NCBI GenBank assembly: GCA_028280485.1 | Contig: JANQLS010000048.1 | Coordinates: 5,577 to 69,576, forward strand | DNA length: 64,000 nucleotides | From: Planctomycetota bacterium | GTDB lineage: Bacteria; Planctomycetota; UBA8108; JACQVS01 | Reading direction: 5' to 3' | In this document: in pieces, positions 27,748 to 37,847 of the stretch | Numbering within the stretch: the stretch's first letter is position 1 | Layout: every line of letters starts with the position of its first letter | Notes under the pieces: generated by a model | The model's database searches: none | What the model was told of the DNA's origin: nothing | The model's input: the letters and a program-made list of their open reading frames with translations, nothing else | Position numbers and translations under genes: made by a program

Positions 27748-28692
27748 AGCCCCAGATGGAATACTTTCTGAAACTCTCATTGGCGCTTCCCCGTACCAAT
27801 CCGGAAATGGAAAGTTAGGGATCGTCACTTTTCTTTTTGATAATGGTGTTTTGTCTTCTTTTCCATCGGAGGTTTTTTGAAAAATAAATCTTCCAGTGGA
27901 TTTATCGAAAACCATACGTTCTTTGTTTTCTTTGATCCATTTCTCTAGCTTTTGGTCAATGGCCGACACGTTGAGTTCGTGTATTTTAATATTATCAAGA
28001 ATTACTGACTCATTATTAGACTGGGATATTTCAACCTTAGAAAATTTTGGAGGCAGTTCAACTTTGAGGATCCATGCTTCTAAGTGATACATGACCATGA
28101 TCAATCTCAAGATCGATTCTGAACCTTTTGGTTCATTCTGGAAATGGTCAACGAAAATTCTGTCTAAATTAAGATCTATACCGCCAATGAAAGAACCTAC
28201 AAGTGCCTCAAATAATCCCAATCTTCGAGGTGGTTTTGAAGGTTTATCTATGTAATTCCAAAAATCTGATCCACACCAACGTAGAAAATGTCCTAAGTAG
28301 GCTAAGAATTTCTCGTCCTGATGAATGCGATTCTCTATTTCTTTAACTAGAGGAAGGAGGTCGGCAAATTTACTTAAGCTATGATCTTCTTCCGCATTCA
28401 GGTTTTCGGCAAGGAACAAGATACGGTGAAAAAACCAAAATGTTTGTTTTGGACTACCAGGACCAATCTCCTGAACAATGAGCTTAGAAATTTCAGGATC
28501 ACTAGAACTTTCAATGAGTTTATCCAACCAAACGTTTGCCTCCTCCATTGATTTAGCTTCTTCAAGCTTGTTGAGGTGATATTGAGCGACGAAGGTATCG
28601 AAGCTGAAGCTTAAGTAGATAAGGGTAATGATGGCAAAGATGCAGGAGCTTACAGTAAAAACCTTTACCTTTTTAAATGAGGGTTTGGGCAT
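27742..28692 (-). CDS. membrane-anchored hypothetical protein
   Basis: N-terminal TM (VFTVSSCIFAIITLIYLSF), 316 aa. Confidence 0.5.
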   Translation of the reverse strand: MPKPSFKKVKVFTVSSCIFAIITLIYLSFSFDTFVAQYHLNKLEEAKSMEEANVWLDKLIESSSDPEISKLIVQEIGPGSPKQTFWFFHRILFLAENLNAEEDHSLSKFADLLPLVKEIENRIHQDEKFLAYLGHFLRWCGSDFWNYIDKPSKPPRRLGLFEALVGSFIGGIDLNLDRIFVDHFQNEPKGSESILRLIMVMYHLEAWILKVELPPKFSKVEISQSNNESVILDNIKIHELNVSAIDQKLEKWIKENKERMVFDKSTGRFIFQKTSDGKEDKTPLSKRKVTIPNFPFPDWYGEAPMRVSESIPSGAN

Positions 28693-29013
28693 TTTGGAGG
28701 CTCCTTAAAAATAAAGTTTTATTATTTTAATATGGAGGTTACTTTGATTGGATGTTTATTGAAGTCCTCTGACATTACCGTTACGTTTTTTAAACGTTCA
28801 GCACATACAACCTTTCAGTAACTGGCCGGCTAAAACAACAAGAAGCAAGCAGCCGATATAAACCAACATGCTTTCCTTAACTTGCTTGCTTAGCATCGTG
28901 AATGCTCCTATTGAAATATATTAAAAGTAAAATCACTACGATTAGTAAGGATAGTTTAGAATCCTTTATTTGTAAAACTTATACTGAAGACAGAATACTT
29001 AAGTGGCAGTAAC

Positions 29014-30156
29014 ATGGATCCAATCAAAGCAACAATTCTGGGTCAACTTCTTTGTCGTGCATCATCGAATGCTGATCTTAATGTCATGACTCAATTAATC
29101 GATTTGGGCGCACCGCCTGGAGGTCATTTCTTCATCGAAGGGGTACCTGATCTACTGAAGGGTGAGCCGGATCAAGTTCTATCTGAATTCGAAGGCGCTG
29201 AAATCAAGATCGAAGGTGTTTCAGCCTCTGAAATATCTCACTGTTGTCAAGAAGCAGCCAATTTATCTGGATACTCACCCCAGCAAGAAGAACTCCCTCT
29301 CTTTTGTGCCATCAACTCAGGCTCTATTGAAGCGGTTGATCTCTTGATTCAATTAGGTGCAGATATTCAGGTTAAAGATGAATGTGGGTGTTCACTTATT
29401 TATGCGGCCCAAACAATTGAAATGATTGAACATTTGTGCGGTTTGGGATTCAACTTAGAAGACAGAGACCATCACGACAACACTCCACTGATGGATGCGG
29501 TTATGTGGGGGCGTATCAAACAAGCTTTCACATTCATTAAGGCCGGGGCGAATTCTAACGCTGTTGATAATGAGGGTTTTACTGTCTTTTTGAAGGCTTG
29601 TTTTTCACCTCATCCATCCTTAGAGTGCGTAAAGGCTTTAATGGATTGTGGAGTTGATCCTCATGCCGTTTCTAAGGAGGGCTTTAATGCCTTTCATTTG
29701 TCGGTAGGGTCGGTTGTCTCTTCAGATGAGTATGGTGCAAGAGAACAAGTTCTCAGATTTCTCAAAACCTTAAATGTCAGTTTAGAGCAACGCGATTTTA
29801 ATGGCCTGACTCCCTTGGGTCATGCCGTTTTATTCGAAGATTCTGAGGTTGTTCAGCTGCTTTGTGAGATGGGGGCTAATCCCAATGTTCGTTCGAGGCT
29901 ACCATTTGATAATTATTCTTTTGCGGAAGGTCAACCAGAAGAGCCCATTTTATTCGGTTGCTTTAATGGTTTTGAAAGTTCTCTAGGAAATTTAAAGCTA
30001 CTGATTCAAGCAGGTGTAGATCTTGATGTCGTCGACTCAAATGGCCGTACTGCTCTTGAATTCGTTAAACATGAATTAAACTGCGCAGAAGAAGAAGAGT
30101 TAAGTGAAGAAGAAATCGAATTTCTAAAGAACTGTCTTGAGGTTCTCACCTCGTAA
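29014..30156 (+). CDS. ankyrin-repeat protein
   Basis: Multiple ANK-like units (PLFCAINSGSIEAVDLLIQLGADIQVKDECGCSLIYAA; DNTPLMDAVMWGRIKQAFTFIKAGANSNAVDNEGFTVFLKA; NGLTPLGHAVLFEDSEVVQLLCEMGANPN). Confidence 0.65.
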   Translation: MDPIKATILGQLLCRASSNADLNVMTQLIDLGAPPGGHFFIEGVPDLLKGEPDQVLSEFEGAEIKIEGVSASEISHCCQEAANLSGYSPQQEELPLFCAINSGSIEAVDLLIQLGADIQVKDECGCSLIYAAQTIEMIEHLCGLGFNLEDRDHHDNTPLMDAVMWGRIKQAFTFIKAGANSNAVDNEGFTVFLKACFSPHPSLECVKALMDCGVDPHAVSKEGFNAFHLSVGSVVSSDEYGAREQVLRFLKTLNVSLEQRDFNGLTPLGHAVLFEDSEVVQLLCEMGANPNVRSRLPFDNYSFAEGQPEEPILFGCFNGFESSLGNLKLLIQAGVDLDVVDSNGRTALEFVKHELNCAEEEELSEEEIEFLKNCLEVLTS

Positions 30157-30180
30157 AGGAATTTTGATCGCACCTTCAGC

Positions 30181-30477
30181 TCAATCAGGGTCTCTATTAT
30201 TTGCTACGTGCTTGAGAACAGATCCAATAATAAATCCGCAGAAGTAGGGAAAGAGAAGAATTAGTAACAAAGTAATGCTTAAATATCCAACAGGTTTTGT
30301 GCAATTATAAAACACGAAACCAAAGCTCCCAATCAAGAGTGAGGAAATTAAATAAGGCCCCCAAAGCCATCGAGAAATTAATAGACCAACCAAACTAAAA
30401 AATAAGGCAAGGAGAGGAATCACTGATATTGTGATCAACTCAGAGGTGCTAAGAGAATGATATGTGGCTAACAACAA
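30181..30477 (-). CDS. small integral membrane protein
   Basis: 98 aa, 3 TM. Confidence 0.4.
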   Translation of the reverse strand: MLLATYHSLSTSELITISVIPLLALFFSLVGLLISRWLWGPYLISSLLIGSFGFVFYNCTKPVGYLSITLLLILLFPYFCGFIIGSVLKHVANNRDPD

Positions 30478-30558
30478 AATGCCTTAAAATTAGATTTAGG
30501 AATGTAATTTGTTACTCGTTCCAAAATATAGGGATTGATTCTTTAGAACCGTAATCAA

Positions 30559-31137
30559 TTGGGTTCCTTAACCTTATTTCTTAAAAACAAAAGAGAGATC
30601 CTCATGATCCGGAAGCCATCATTATGGTTTTTCCTTATATCTATTTACTTAGTTTTACCTTCCTGCTCCAGCGAGAATGAATCATCCCCACAAATGAGTA
30701 AACGTGTCGTTGAATTAATGGGCGGTAGCTCTCAGGTTGAGATTATCAAAAAAACTGGAACGGCATTCGCTTATCGTATTCAAATGAATCCAAAGCTTGA
30801 ATATGGAGAAGAAATTATCGGTGAAGGAGTCCAGCTTACACCGGAACAACAACAAGGCCTTGTCGGGCTTCTCGTTCGGGATGATGCTTACGGATGGGAA
30901 TTTGCTAAGCCATGTAAGCCAAGGTACGGTGTGTTAATAAAATTTGAAGACGAAGCTAAGTCAGTGAGATTACGCTTTTGCTTTTCCTGCCAAATGTTGG
31001 AATTCATGCCGAGTGAAAAAGGATCGGAAGATTTTGACCCGATCAATGGGGAGCTCGTTCAATGGGTAAAAGGCGTGTTTCCAAATGATACGGAGATCCA
31101 AAGTTTAGGTACTCCTAATGAGGTGCATGGTTTGTAA
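30559..31137 (+). CDS. secreted hypothetical protein
   Basis: Signal or lipobox-like (LVLPSCSSEN), 192 aa. Confidence 0.45.
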   Translation: MGSLTLFLKNKREILMIRKPSLWFFLISIYLVLPSCSSENESSPQMSKRVVELMGGSSQVEIIKKTGTAFAYRIQMNPKLEYGEEIIGEGVQLTPEQQQGLVGLLVRDDAYGWEFAKPCKPRYGVLIKFEDEAKSVRLRFCFSCQMLEFMPSEKGSEDFDPINGELVQWVKGVFPNDTEIQSLGTPNEVHGL

Positions 31138-31165
31138 AATTCACATTTGAAATTTAAATTGTGAG

Positions 31166-31960
31166 GTGTTCGTGGGTAAAAAAATAATGATTCTCTGTGG
31201 TGTTGTATGCGTGATCCTTGTTGCCACTTCAGTTCCATCGATCATTCAGCACTACCGGATTAAAGAATTTGTTAAAGATCTAAAATCTGAAGATATAGAA
31301 ATCCAAAGGAAAGCTATAAATGCTCTGGCTGGGTATGGAGCTGAAGTGGTTCCGAGACTAATACTGGAAATCGAACAGTTACCTGCTCTTGAAAATCGCG
31401 AACCGTGGAATTTCATTCTATTGAGCAATTTTAAGAGCAATAGAATATTTGAATACAATTTGATTAGAACTTTTTTGAAAATTGGAGAATCCTCGATACC
31501 CTTATTGATCAGTCGACTTTCAAATAAAGATCTTCGATTTGAATCCTTCGTCATCTGTGTGATCGTATTTTTCTATTCTGATTCAGCTCAATTGTTAGAA
31601 GAAATTGAGAAGCCTTGGGTAAGAAAAACTGTAAGTGATGGTGTTGGATCTACCGGTGAAATACCTAGATCATCTTTTTGTACTACCATCGAAATTTATA
31701 AATCAAAAATGAAAATATATAGAGAGGGGATAATAACCGATCGAGGTCGACGCTATGAACTAAGACTGATACCAAGTATTGTTCATCTTCTGAAAAACTT
31801 ATCAAAGCAAAAATCAGATCCAGGACTCCAATCCTACTGCCGGAGAATTATATTGGGGAACATCAGTAGGACCGAAAGGAGTGTACCATCAGAAAGTGTT
31901 TTGATAGAGATTGAAAATGTATTGCCAAATCTCAAAGTTAAGCCATTGAGAGCATTTTAA
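31166..31960 (+). CDS. membrane-anchored HEAT-like repeat protein (paralog family H, copy 1)
   Basis: N-terminal TM, then RIKEFVKDLKSEDIEIQRKAINALAGYGAEVVPRLILEIEQLP (PBS-lyase/HEAT-like unit). Aligns along its whole length with 39264..40031 and 56982..57764. Confidence 0.5.
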   Translation: MFVGKKIMILCGVVCVILVATSVPSIIQHYRIKEFVKDLKSEDIEIQRKAINALAGYGAEVVPRLILEIEQLPALENREPWNFILLSNFKSNRIFEYNLIRTFLKIGESSIPLLISRLSNKDLRFESFVICVIVFFYSDSAQLLEEIEKPWVRKTVSDGVGSTGEIPRSSFCTTIEIYKSKMKIYREGIITDRGRRYELRLIPSIVHLLKNLSKQKSDPGLQSYCRRIILGNISRTERSVPSESVLIEIENVLPNLKVKPLRAF

Positions 31961-32095
31961 GATCAAGCATTTCGATTCTTTCCTCGTAAATTTTTGAATT
32001 TAAAATTGTACACCTACTTACACTTAAATTCAGTTGGAAATGAATTTTTGAAATAAGAAACAATGGAGATAAAATGATGAAAAGAATGAAGAAAG

Positions 32096-32506
32096 ATGTT
32101 CACTAAAACAATAAATCCAAAAGTAACATTTATCTTCACGGGATTTATCTTGTTGAACCTTCTCCTATGGTTAGTTTTTCAATCTCAATCCTTACCTGAT
32201 AAAGGTAGAATGCTTTTTCCAGGAATGGGCCGCCGTTCGGTAAAGTTTATTTTAGGAGGCCCTGTTTTTGAGAGCGACCATATGATGTTTTGGAGTGGTG
32301 AACAGGGAAAACTCATCCAAGATCTTTCAGATGTGAATATGACTCAGGGATTCATCTTGTTTTTTAAAGACGGCGAGTTAGTAAAACCAAGGCTATTTAA
32401 AACAACTCAAGTTGGGGTGTGGGAAGCTTATTGCATTGTGTTTGATGTCAGCTTAAAGGATTCTGAGATTGCATTAGGCGAAAGATCTGAGATGTTCAAT
32501 GAGTGA
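32096..32506 (+). CDS. membrane-anchored hypothetical protein
   Basis: N-terminal TM, 136 aa. First gene of a 3-gene operon. Confidence 0.4.
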   Translation: MFTKTINPKVTFIFTGFILLNLLLWLVFQSQSLPDKGRMLFPGMGRRSVKFILGGPVFESDHMMFWSGEQGKLIQDLSDVNMTQGFILFFKDGELVKPRLFKTTQVGVWEAYCIVFDVSLKDSEIALGERSEMFNE

Positions 32507-33083
32507 GTTTAAAAAGACTTTTCTAAGTATTATGGCAATTGGATTCATCCTAATTTTTTCTGGCTGTAAAAGCGTGGATCCAAACTTGCCTTTATTACTC
32601 GATTTTCTTGGAAATAGTTCTGAGATTTATTTCGAGCCCGATTCAATATCAGCTGAACGTGTAACGGCTTCACCAGAAGGACTAAAAACGCTGCAAGATG
32701 TGGGATCCATTACCAGAACTCAAGAATCTCGCTTATTAGATATTATTTCAGAAGTAAATTCCTATACCAATCTCACATTAATTGTTGAAGCCATGGGAAC
32801 TGAAGATGAGCCTGCACAAGTTTATAAGTTTTGTAGTTTCCAACCTGGAGTAAGGTTTCGTTTTTGGCGCGACGACCAATATAGAGATCTTATTATTTGT
32901 CTTATATGCAGTGAATGGCGATTTCATACTACAGTAGATTCCGATACAAACTATGCGATGGACTACTTCGGCTCGGCCTATTCAGAATTGGCTTACTTAA
33001 TAATAGATATTTTCCCTCATGATCAGGCGTTACGCTTGGTTATTGAGAAGGAACTTGGTGAGATTCCGGAGACGATCCAATAA
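32499..33083 (+). CDS. lipoprotein, hypothetical
   Basis: Lipobox FSGC. It overlaps the upstream gene by 8 nt. Confidence 0.45.
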   Translation: MSEFKKTFLSIMAIGFILIFSGCKSVDPNLPLLLDFLGNSSEIYFEPDSISAERVTASPEGLKTLQDVGSITRTQESRLLDIISEVNSYTNLTLIVEAMGTEDEPAQVYKFCSFQPGVRFRFWRDDQYRDLIICLICSEWRFHTTVDSDTNYAMDYFGSAYSELAYLIIDIFPHDQALRLVIEKELGEIPETIQ

Positions 33084-33100
33084 AGGGGTAAAAAATCCAA

Positions 33101-33862
33101 ATGAATAATCGTCAACAAATGGAGGCTCTTCTAAAACCTCTGTTATTACCTACAGTTGAAATGACTTACTCTCCAGATAAAGATCTTTCAGCAGTGGAGG
33201 CAAGCGTAAGCTCATACTTCGGTGGGCGGCCATATATTGAAGATGGTGAATCTTGGCCTGAATGTAAAGAATGCCATCAGGCTATGGAATTTGTCTTTCA
33301 AATGAATTTACAAGAATTACCTCAACCGATTTCAAAAGAACTACAAAATTTTGAGTTCGATTTGTTTGCATTTTACGTTTGTCGTGCTTGTGAGTATTGG
33401 CCTCCTTTTTATGAATTAAGAACTTATCGCTCAGATTCTAAGAAAATTTCTAAATTAACGACTCGTCCAAGGCTGTTTCCACGATTTAACATCGAGATGA
33501 AATCCAAGCTTTCTCTTCCAGATTGGGATGGTATTGATGAGTTGTCCGATGAGATTCCGTCACTTAGTGAGGAGTCGAACTCGGAGGAACCATGGGAACT
33601 CTTTGAGGTATGCTCTGAAAGATTAGTTCAGCAATCCGACCCACCTGAAAATTGGTTTGGAGTTGTTGGAGGATATCCAAATTGGATCCAGGGAGACGAG
33701 ACGCCGATATGTAATAAATGCGGAAAATCGATGAAGTTATTTTTTGAATTGGGGAATGTTGAAGAAGCGAACTTAACTTGGATGGATTTTTTGAGCGCTA
33801 TTTACCTTTTTTATTGCCCTGAACATTTTGAAGAGCAAGAGCTCGTTCTTCAATCTACTTAG
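33101..33862 (+). CDS. DUF1963 (YwqG-like) protein
   Basis: Two copies of the family motif: SYFGGRPYIEDGESWPECKECHQAMEFVFQ and VVGGYPNWIQGDETPICNKCGKSMKLFFEL (GG-P...W/TP-C-x2-C...M-F). Confidence 0.55.
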   Translation: MNNRQQMEALLKPLLLPTVEMTYSPDKDLSAVEASVSSYFGGRPYIEDGESWPECKECHQAMEFVFQMNLQELPQPISKELQNFEFDLFAFYVCRACEYWPPFYELRTYRSDSKKISKLTTRPRLFPRFNIEMKSKLSLPDWDGIDELSDEIPSLSEESNSEEPWELFEVCSERLVQQSDPPENWFGVVGGYPNWIQGDETPICNKCGKSMKLFFELGNVEEANLTWMDFLSAIYLFYCPEHFEEQELVLQST

Positions 33863-33894
33863 TAATAATTTTACATGGTGGAGATTTTAAGAAT

Positions 33895-34749
33895 TCAGTC
33901 CAACTTCAATTTAGCGAGACGAGCACTGACTCTCTCTATATTTTCTTTGTAGGAACACTCAGATACTTGATCTGTTTTCCCCAAAAGCTTTTTCAATTTC
34001 CCTAAAGTGACCTGAAGTTCCATCTTCTTTCTCTTATATTTAAACCAAAGCAATTGCTTTAACTTTTGTTGGCTATCGTTCATTAATTTTAATTGTTCAT
34101 CCCAACTAAGCTGAGTTGTGGAATCAGGACGAAATCCACACTTGAATCCTCCTCCTCCCCAAGAAGTCATTGGGTCCTGAATCCTTTTAGATCGAATCTT
34201 ATATTTATGATCAAATAGGGCAATTTTGATGATCTCTGGATGGTCTTTCAGTTTACGCAAAATGGGGAAGCTTTTAATATCTTTCAAAATGAAGCGCCCA
34301 TTGAGTGAGGCTTCTTTGAGTTGTTCGATTGCCTTCTGCTCTTTCCCGAGGGCTAAGGAAGATTCTGCTCTTAAAGTGTGTGACAAGGGTTTTAGATCGG
34401 GATGTTTTGTGCTTGTTTTGAAGAATCTTAAAGCTTCGTTGTGGTTTTCTTTTTTTCTTAGGTTTAATCCGAGAGCGAAATGGTATTCCTGGTTATAAGG
34501 ATCGATTTCTATAAGTTGGGACAATCCGCTGATTGTACTTTTGTTGTTCTTACTATGAAAAGTTTTAATCGTGAGAGCTTCTAATTTCTCGATCGTTTTT
34601 TGGCGATTCGTTTTCCACTCTGATGATGCATGGGGGAAATATCTTATGAGGGCAATCGAAATGGCATCATGGGAGTAAATGATTAGAGTTAAGAAGGTGA
34701 TGACTCCAATAGAGAGAATGCTAAAGAGGAACGTTTTCTGCTTTTTCAT
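33895..34749 (-). CDS. secreted TPR-like repeat protein
   Basis: N-terminal TM/signal. TPR-like units (YHFALGLNLRKKENHNEALRFFK; RAESSLALGKEQKAIEQLKEA). Confidence 0.5.
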   Translation of the reverse strand: MKKQKTFLFSILSIGVITFLTLIIYSHDAISIALIRYFPHASSEWKTNRQKTIEKLEALTIKTFHSKNNKSTISGLSQLIEIDPYNQEYHFALGLNLRKKENHNEALRFFKTSTKHPDLKPLSHTLRAESSLALGKEQKAIEQLKEASLNGRFILKDIKSFPILRKLKDHPEIIKIALFDHKYKIRSKRIQDPMTSWGGGGFKCGFRPDSTTQLSWDEQLKLMNDSQQKLKQLLWFKYKRKKMELQVTLGKLKKLLGKTDQVSECSYKENIERVSARLAKLKLD

Positions 34750-34855
34750 GCGAATATAGGGGAGTGAGGGATGATTATTAGTTTATAGAAATTATCGGTT
34801 CCGTTTAATATAAGGCTTTAGATTTTAGATCTTAAATAAGGGATACCTTTTACGG

Positions 34856-35854
34856 TTGGCATTCTTATCGCTACTTTATCGGTTAAATAATCGTAAAAGC
34901 ATCTACTTGGGAAGGCTAAAAGTTATGGGCAAGAATGATCCTATCATTGAAATAAAAGAGAAAGGTAATTCCTTAATCCAGCAGAGCGATCTTGTTAAAC
35001 CACCTCTAACAGTATGTATTGTGGGTGTCATGTTTATTTTCACTGGGGCTTCTTCCGTCTCTGGTTTGGTCATGGATATTCTGAACGGAAAGGTTCTTCT
35101 CAATTTAGGCATACTTGGATTGTTTCTTGGTTATGGCATCTTGAAGGGGAGTGATAGAGCTCGCTCCATCTCACTTGTCGTTTCAGTTGTCACCCTGATT
35201 ATAGTTGTTGCTGTATCCGGCTTGGGGATTTACTTGATGACGGTATCAGAATTAGAAATATCTTTATTTGATCAAATTACAATTTACCTTTTTGCTCTTT
35301 ATGGAATAGTTCTGTGCCTTTTTTCGTTTTGGGCAATCAAAAGGGAAGCTTCAGCAAACTGGTTTAAATCAACGAATCAAGGAATTTGGAGTCTCAAGAA
35401 CTGGGTTTGGGCTATTTCAATTGTTGTTGGTTTTTCCACGCTAGCTGATGTTTTTGGGGCTTGGAGAAACCAAAAAATCTTAAATTCAATCTACCACTTT
35501 AAATCAGAAATAATTCTCGTTGACTCCATTACAAATGAACCCTTACCAGCAGAAACCTATGTTTGGCCAATGGAATATAGGGAGGGATTTCAATTTTTCA
35601 TTAAAGGATATGAACAGTTTTCGAAAGCAAAATACTCAAGTTCGACTTTTACGTCAGACGGAACGGTCTATCATTATTCCGGGTTAGTAACACAGCCAGT
35701 AAGAATCACTTTGAGAGCAAATGGGTATGAACTTAAATCATTCTATGTCGGTAAAGAGGCTGAAGAAAAGCTCAGAATTTCAATGATAAAAATACCAACT
35801 CCACCTAAGCCATTTGTTGGTCCTGAGAAGCCTGTTGGTAAAAATTCTAAGTGA
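34856..35854 (+). CDS. integral membrane protein with C-terminal soluble domain
   Basis: Probable start at 34924 (MGKNDP). 5-6 TM, then a ~120-aa hydrophilic tail. Confidence 0.45.
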   Translation: MAFLSLLYRLNNRKSIYLGRLKVMGKNDPIIEIKEKGNSLIQQSDLVKPPLTVCIVGVMFIFTGASSVSGLVMDILNGKVLLNLGILGLFLGYGILKGSDRARSISLVVSVVTLIIVVAVSGLGIYLMTVSELEISLFDQITIYLFALYGIVLCLFSFWAIKREASANWFKSTNQGIWSLKNWVWAISIVVGFSTLADVFGAWRNQKILNSIYHFKSEIILVDSITNEPLPAETYVWPMEYREGFQFFIKGYEQFSKAKYSSSTFTSDGTVYHYSGLVTQPVRITLRANGYELKSFYVGKEAEEKLRISMIKIPTPPKPFVGPEKPVGKNSK

Positions 35855-36007
35855 ATGATCGTTGAGGGAGCAGAAAGTTATCCCTTCAGCAAGCTTTTAT
35901 CTTCGATTAATCCTAGTTGAGAAGATCTCGGAAATGGCACTCTTCTTTGGAAAAGTGGATTCGTCTTTGAACTAGGCTTTGCCCCGTGTCAGAATTTCTG
36001 TCATTGA

Positions 36008-36673
36008 CTATATGAGTTCCTCTCCCCAAACAAATATTCCTGCAAGGGCACCGAGCTGAAAATTGGCTAAACTTTTAGTTGGGAAATATTTCTTTGAGTC
36101 CCTAGCAGTATTGAACAATACACAAATGGATATAGCTTTCTGTGAATCAGTGCCACTTTCCAAGTATGTATCCAAAAGCTTCCGAGTTTTTTCTGGGAAA
36201 TGCTCAAATAATGATCGAAGAACATGAATGTAGAGCTTGGGCTTAAATCGATTTGCGTTTTTCTTGATTTCTTGAAGATCAGGTCCAAATCCATGCTTCA
36301 AATTATAATATTTAGCTGATTCTAAACTGAACACCCAGGGAACATAAATATCTAAACGGGATTCATATTTAGGTTCATTCCTCCTAAAAAGGATTTTTTC
36401 TCCAATATACCAATCACGGTTTTCTTCCTCCAGTTTAGTTGAAAGAATATCTATGATCATTGGGATCGCTTCAGTGATACCTAAGTTTTCGATATTTTTG
36501 AGGTAGGGGGCGCAATCTTCAGATTCACAAACTTTAAGATTCCAGATGAGGTATTTTTTGTGAATGGATTCCCATGAAATAAAAACAGAGATACCTATAG
36601 TTAGGATTAGATTCGCAATTATTATTTTAAAGAACAGCTTGTTCTTAAAATTCAAAATGGCACCTTTTTCCAT
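36008..36673 (-). CDS. membrane-anchored protein of the 'WIWKLR-C-x3-DCE' HEAT-like subfamily (family W)
   Basis: N-terminal TM, then HKKYLIWNLKVCESEDCAP. Paralogs at 41565, 53014 and 55598. Divergent from the FGE-domain gene 36872. Confidence 0.5.
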   Translation of the reverse strand: MEKGAILNFKNKLFFKIIIANLILTIGISVFISWESIHKKYLIWNLKVCESEDCAPYLKNIENLGITEAIPMIIDILSTKLEEENRDWYIGEKILFRRNEPKYESRLDIYVPWVFSLESAKYYNLKHGFGPDLQEIKKNANRFKPKLYIHVLRSLFEHFPEKTRKLLDTYLESGTDSQKAISICVLFNTARDSKKYFPTKSLANFQLGALAGIFVWGEELI

Positions 36674-36871
36674 TCCAGATGAACTTAAAGCAATTTTAGG
36701 AAGTGCAGATTAATATGGAATCCATCGAAAACTTTATAGTTTTGAGCTCTTTTAAGAATTGTAATGAAATAAAGTCACTAATTGGTCATGGAGGAAAAGA
36801 TTTTTGATTTTGTAAAAATTGTTTTCAGTAGTTGGCGCTCATTATGTTAGGCCTTCATATTTGTTAAACTC

Positions 36872-37837
36872 ATGAATCCACCCAAAAAACGATTCATCCT
36901 ATTTACATTAATCATATTTATTAATCTACTCAGTGTGGTCTGTCTCAACTGGGATGGACTCCTGCGCGAGTATCGCTTCTGGCAGGACTTTGATTTTATT
37001 GAAGTGAATGAACAGGGTTACAAAGAATATATGCACCTTAAGAGTGGGGTCGTAATGGTTCTACTGCCCGGTGGGGAGTTCTTGATGGGGTCGCCCGAGG
37101 ATGAGGTCGATAGAAGAGAAGACGAGTTTCTTCATAGGGTTAGGGTTTCGCCTTTTCTAATTGCGAAATATGAAGTTTCTCAGTCGGTATGGGAGAAGGT
37201 TATAGGGACCCACTCCTCTGTTCGTTTAGGGAGTTCTCTCCCAGTGGAAGTGTCTTGGGATGATTGCTATGGAAGCAACAATTCATTTTGTAAACAGCTT
37301 GGCTTGCATTTACCAACCGAAGCACAATGGGAATACTCTTGCAGAGCTGGTTCCTCAACCAAGTTTTCTTTTGGTGAAAAGCTTAATGTCAAAGATGTGA
37401 ATTTTTCATTACCAATAATTCTATTAGACAGTTCCGATGGTAAAGTAGATCAGACTGAATCCAAAATGGATTACAACGATCGGGGTCACCTAGTTGATGT
37501 GACTTCCTTAAAAGCGAATTCCTTTGGTTTGCACAATGTTCATGGCAATGTATTAGAGTGGTGTGAAGATGTTTATAACGAAAAATATTATTTAAATGAA
37601 AATGCTAAAAATGGTGATCTTGCATCCCTGTCTGGATCAATTTATAGAGTTTTACGTGGGGGGAGATACAACCAAACCGAAAGATTTTGTCGTTCGGCAA
37701 TGCGTTTTTTTCAACGGGGAGATTCGGAGATGTCTCCCGGGCCAGAGTACTTTGGGCAATCAACTGGAGGAGTTAGTTTTGGACAATTTCATGGCCATGG
37801 CTTTCGGCCCGTCTATAACCTCACCCTCTCACGGTAA
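36872..37837 (+). CDS. TM-anchored FGE-sulfatase (formylglycine-generating-enzyme / C-type-lectin-like) domain protein (family F)
   Basis: N-terminal TM, then the family-specific LNWDGLLREYRFWQDF and FGE-domain motifs LLPGGEFLMGSPEDE, LPTEAQWEYSCRAGSSTKFSFG, HGNVLEWCEDVY, RVLRGGRY, GFRPV. Lacks the paired catalytic Cys of true FGE. Confidence 0.75.
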   Translation: MNPPKKRFILFTLIIFINLLSVVCLNWDGLLREYRFWQDFDFIEVNEQGYKEYMHLKSGVVMVLLPGGEFLMGSPEDEVDRREDEFLHRVRVSPFLIAKYEVSQSVWEKVIGTHSSVRLGSSLPVEVSWDDCYGSNNSFCKQLGLHLPTEAQWEYSCRAGSSTKFSFGEKLNVKDVNFSLPIILLDSSDGKVDQTESKMDYNDRGHLVDVTSLKANSFGLHNVHGNVLEWCEDVYNEKYYLNENAKNGDLASLSGSIYRVLRGGRYNQTERFCRSAMRFFQRGDSEMSPGPEYFGQSTGGVSFGQFHGHGFRPVYNLTLSR

Positions 37838-37847
37838 AAGTCGCCTA

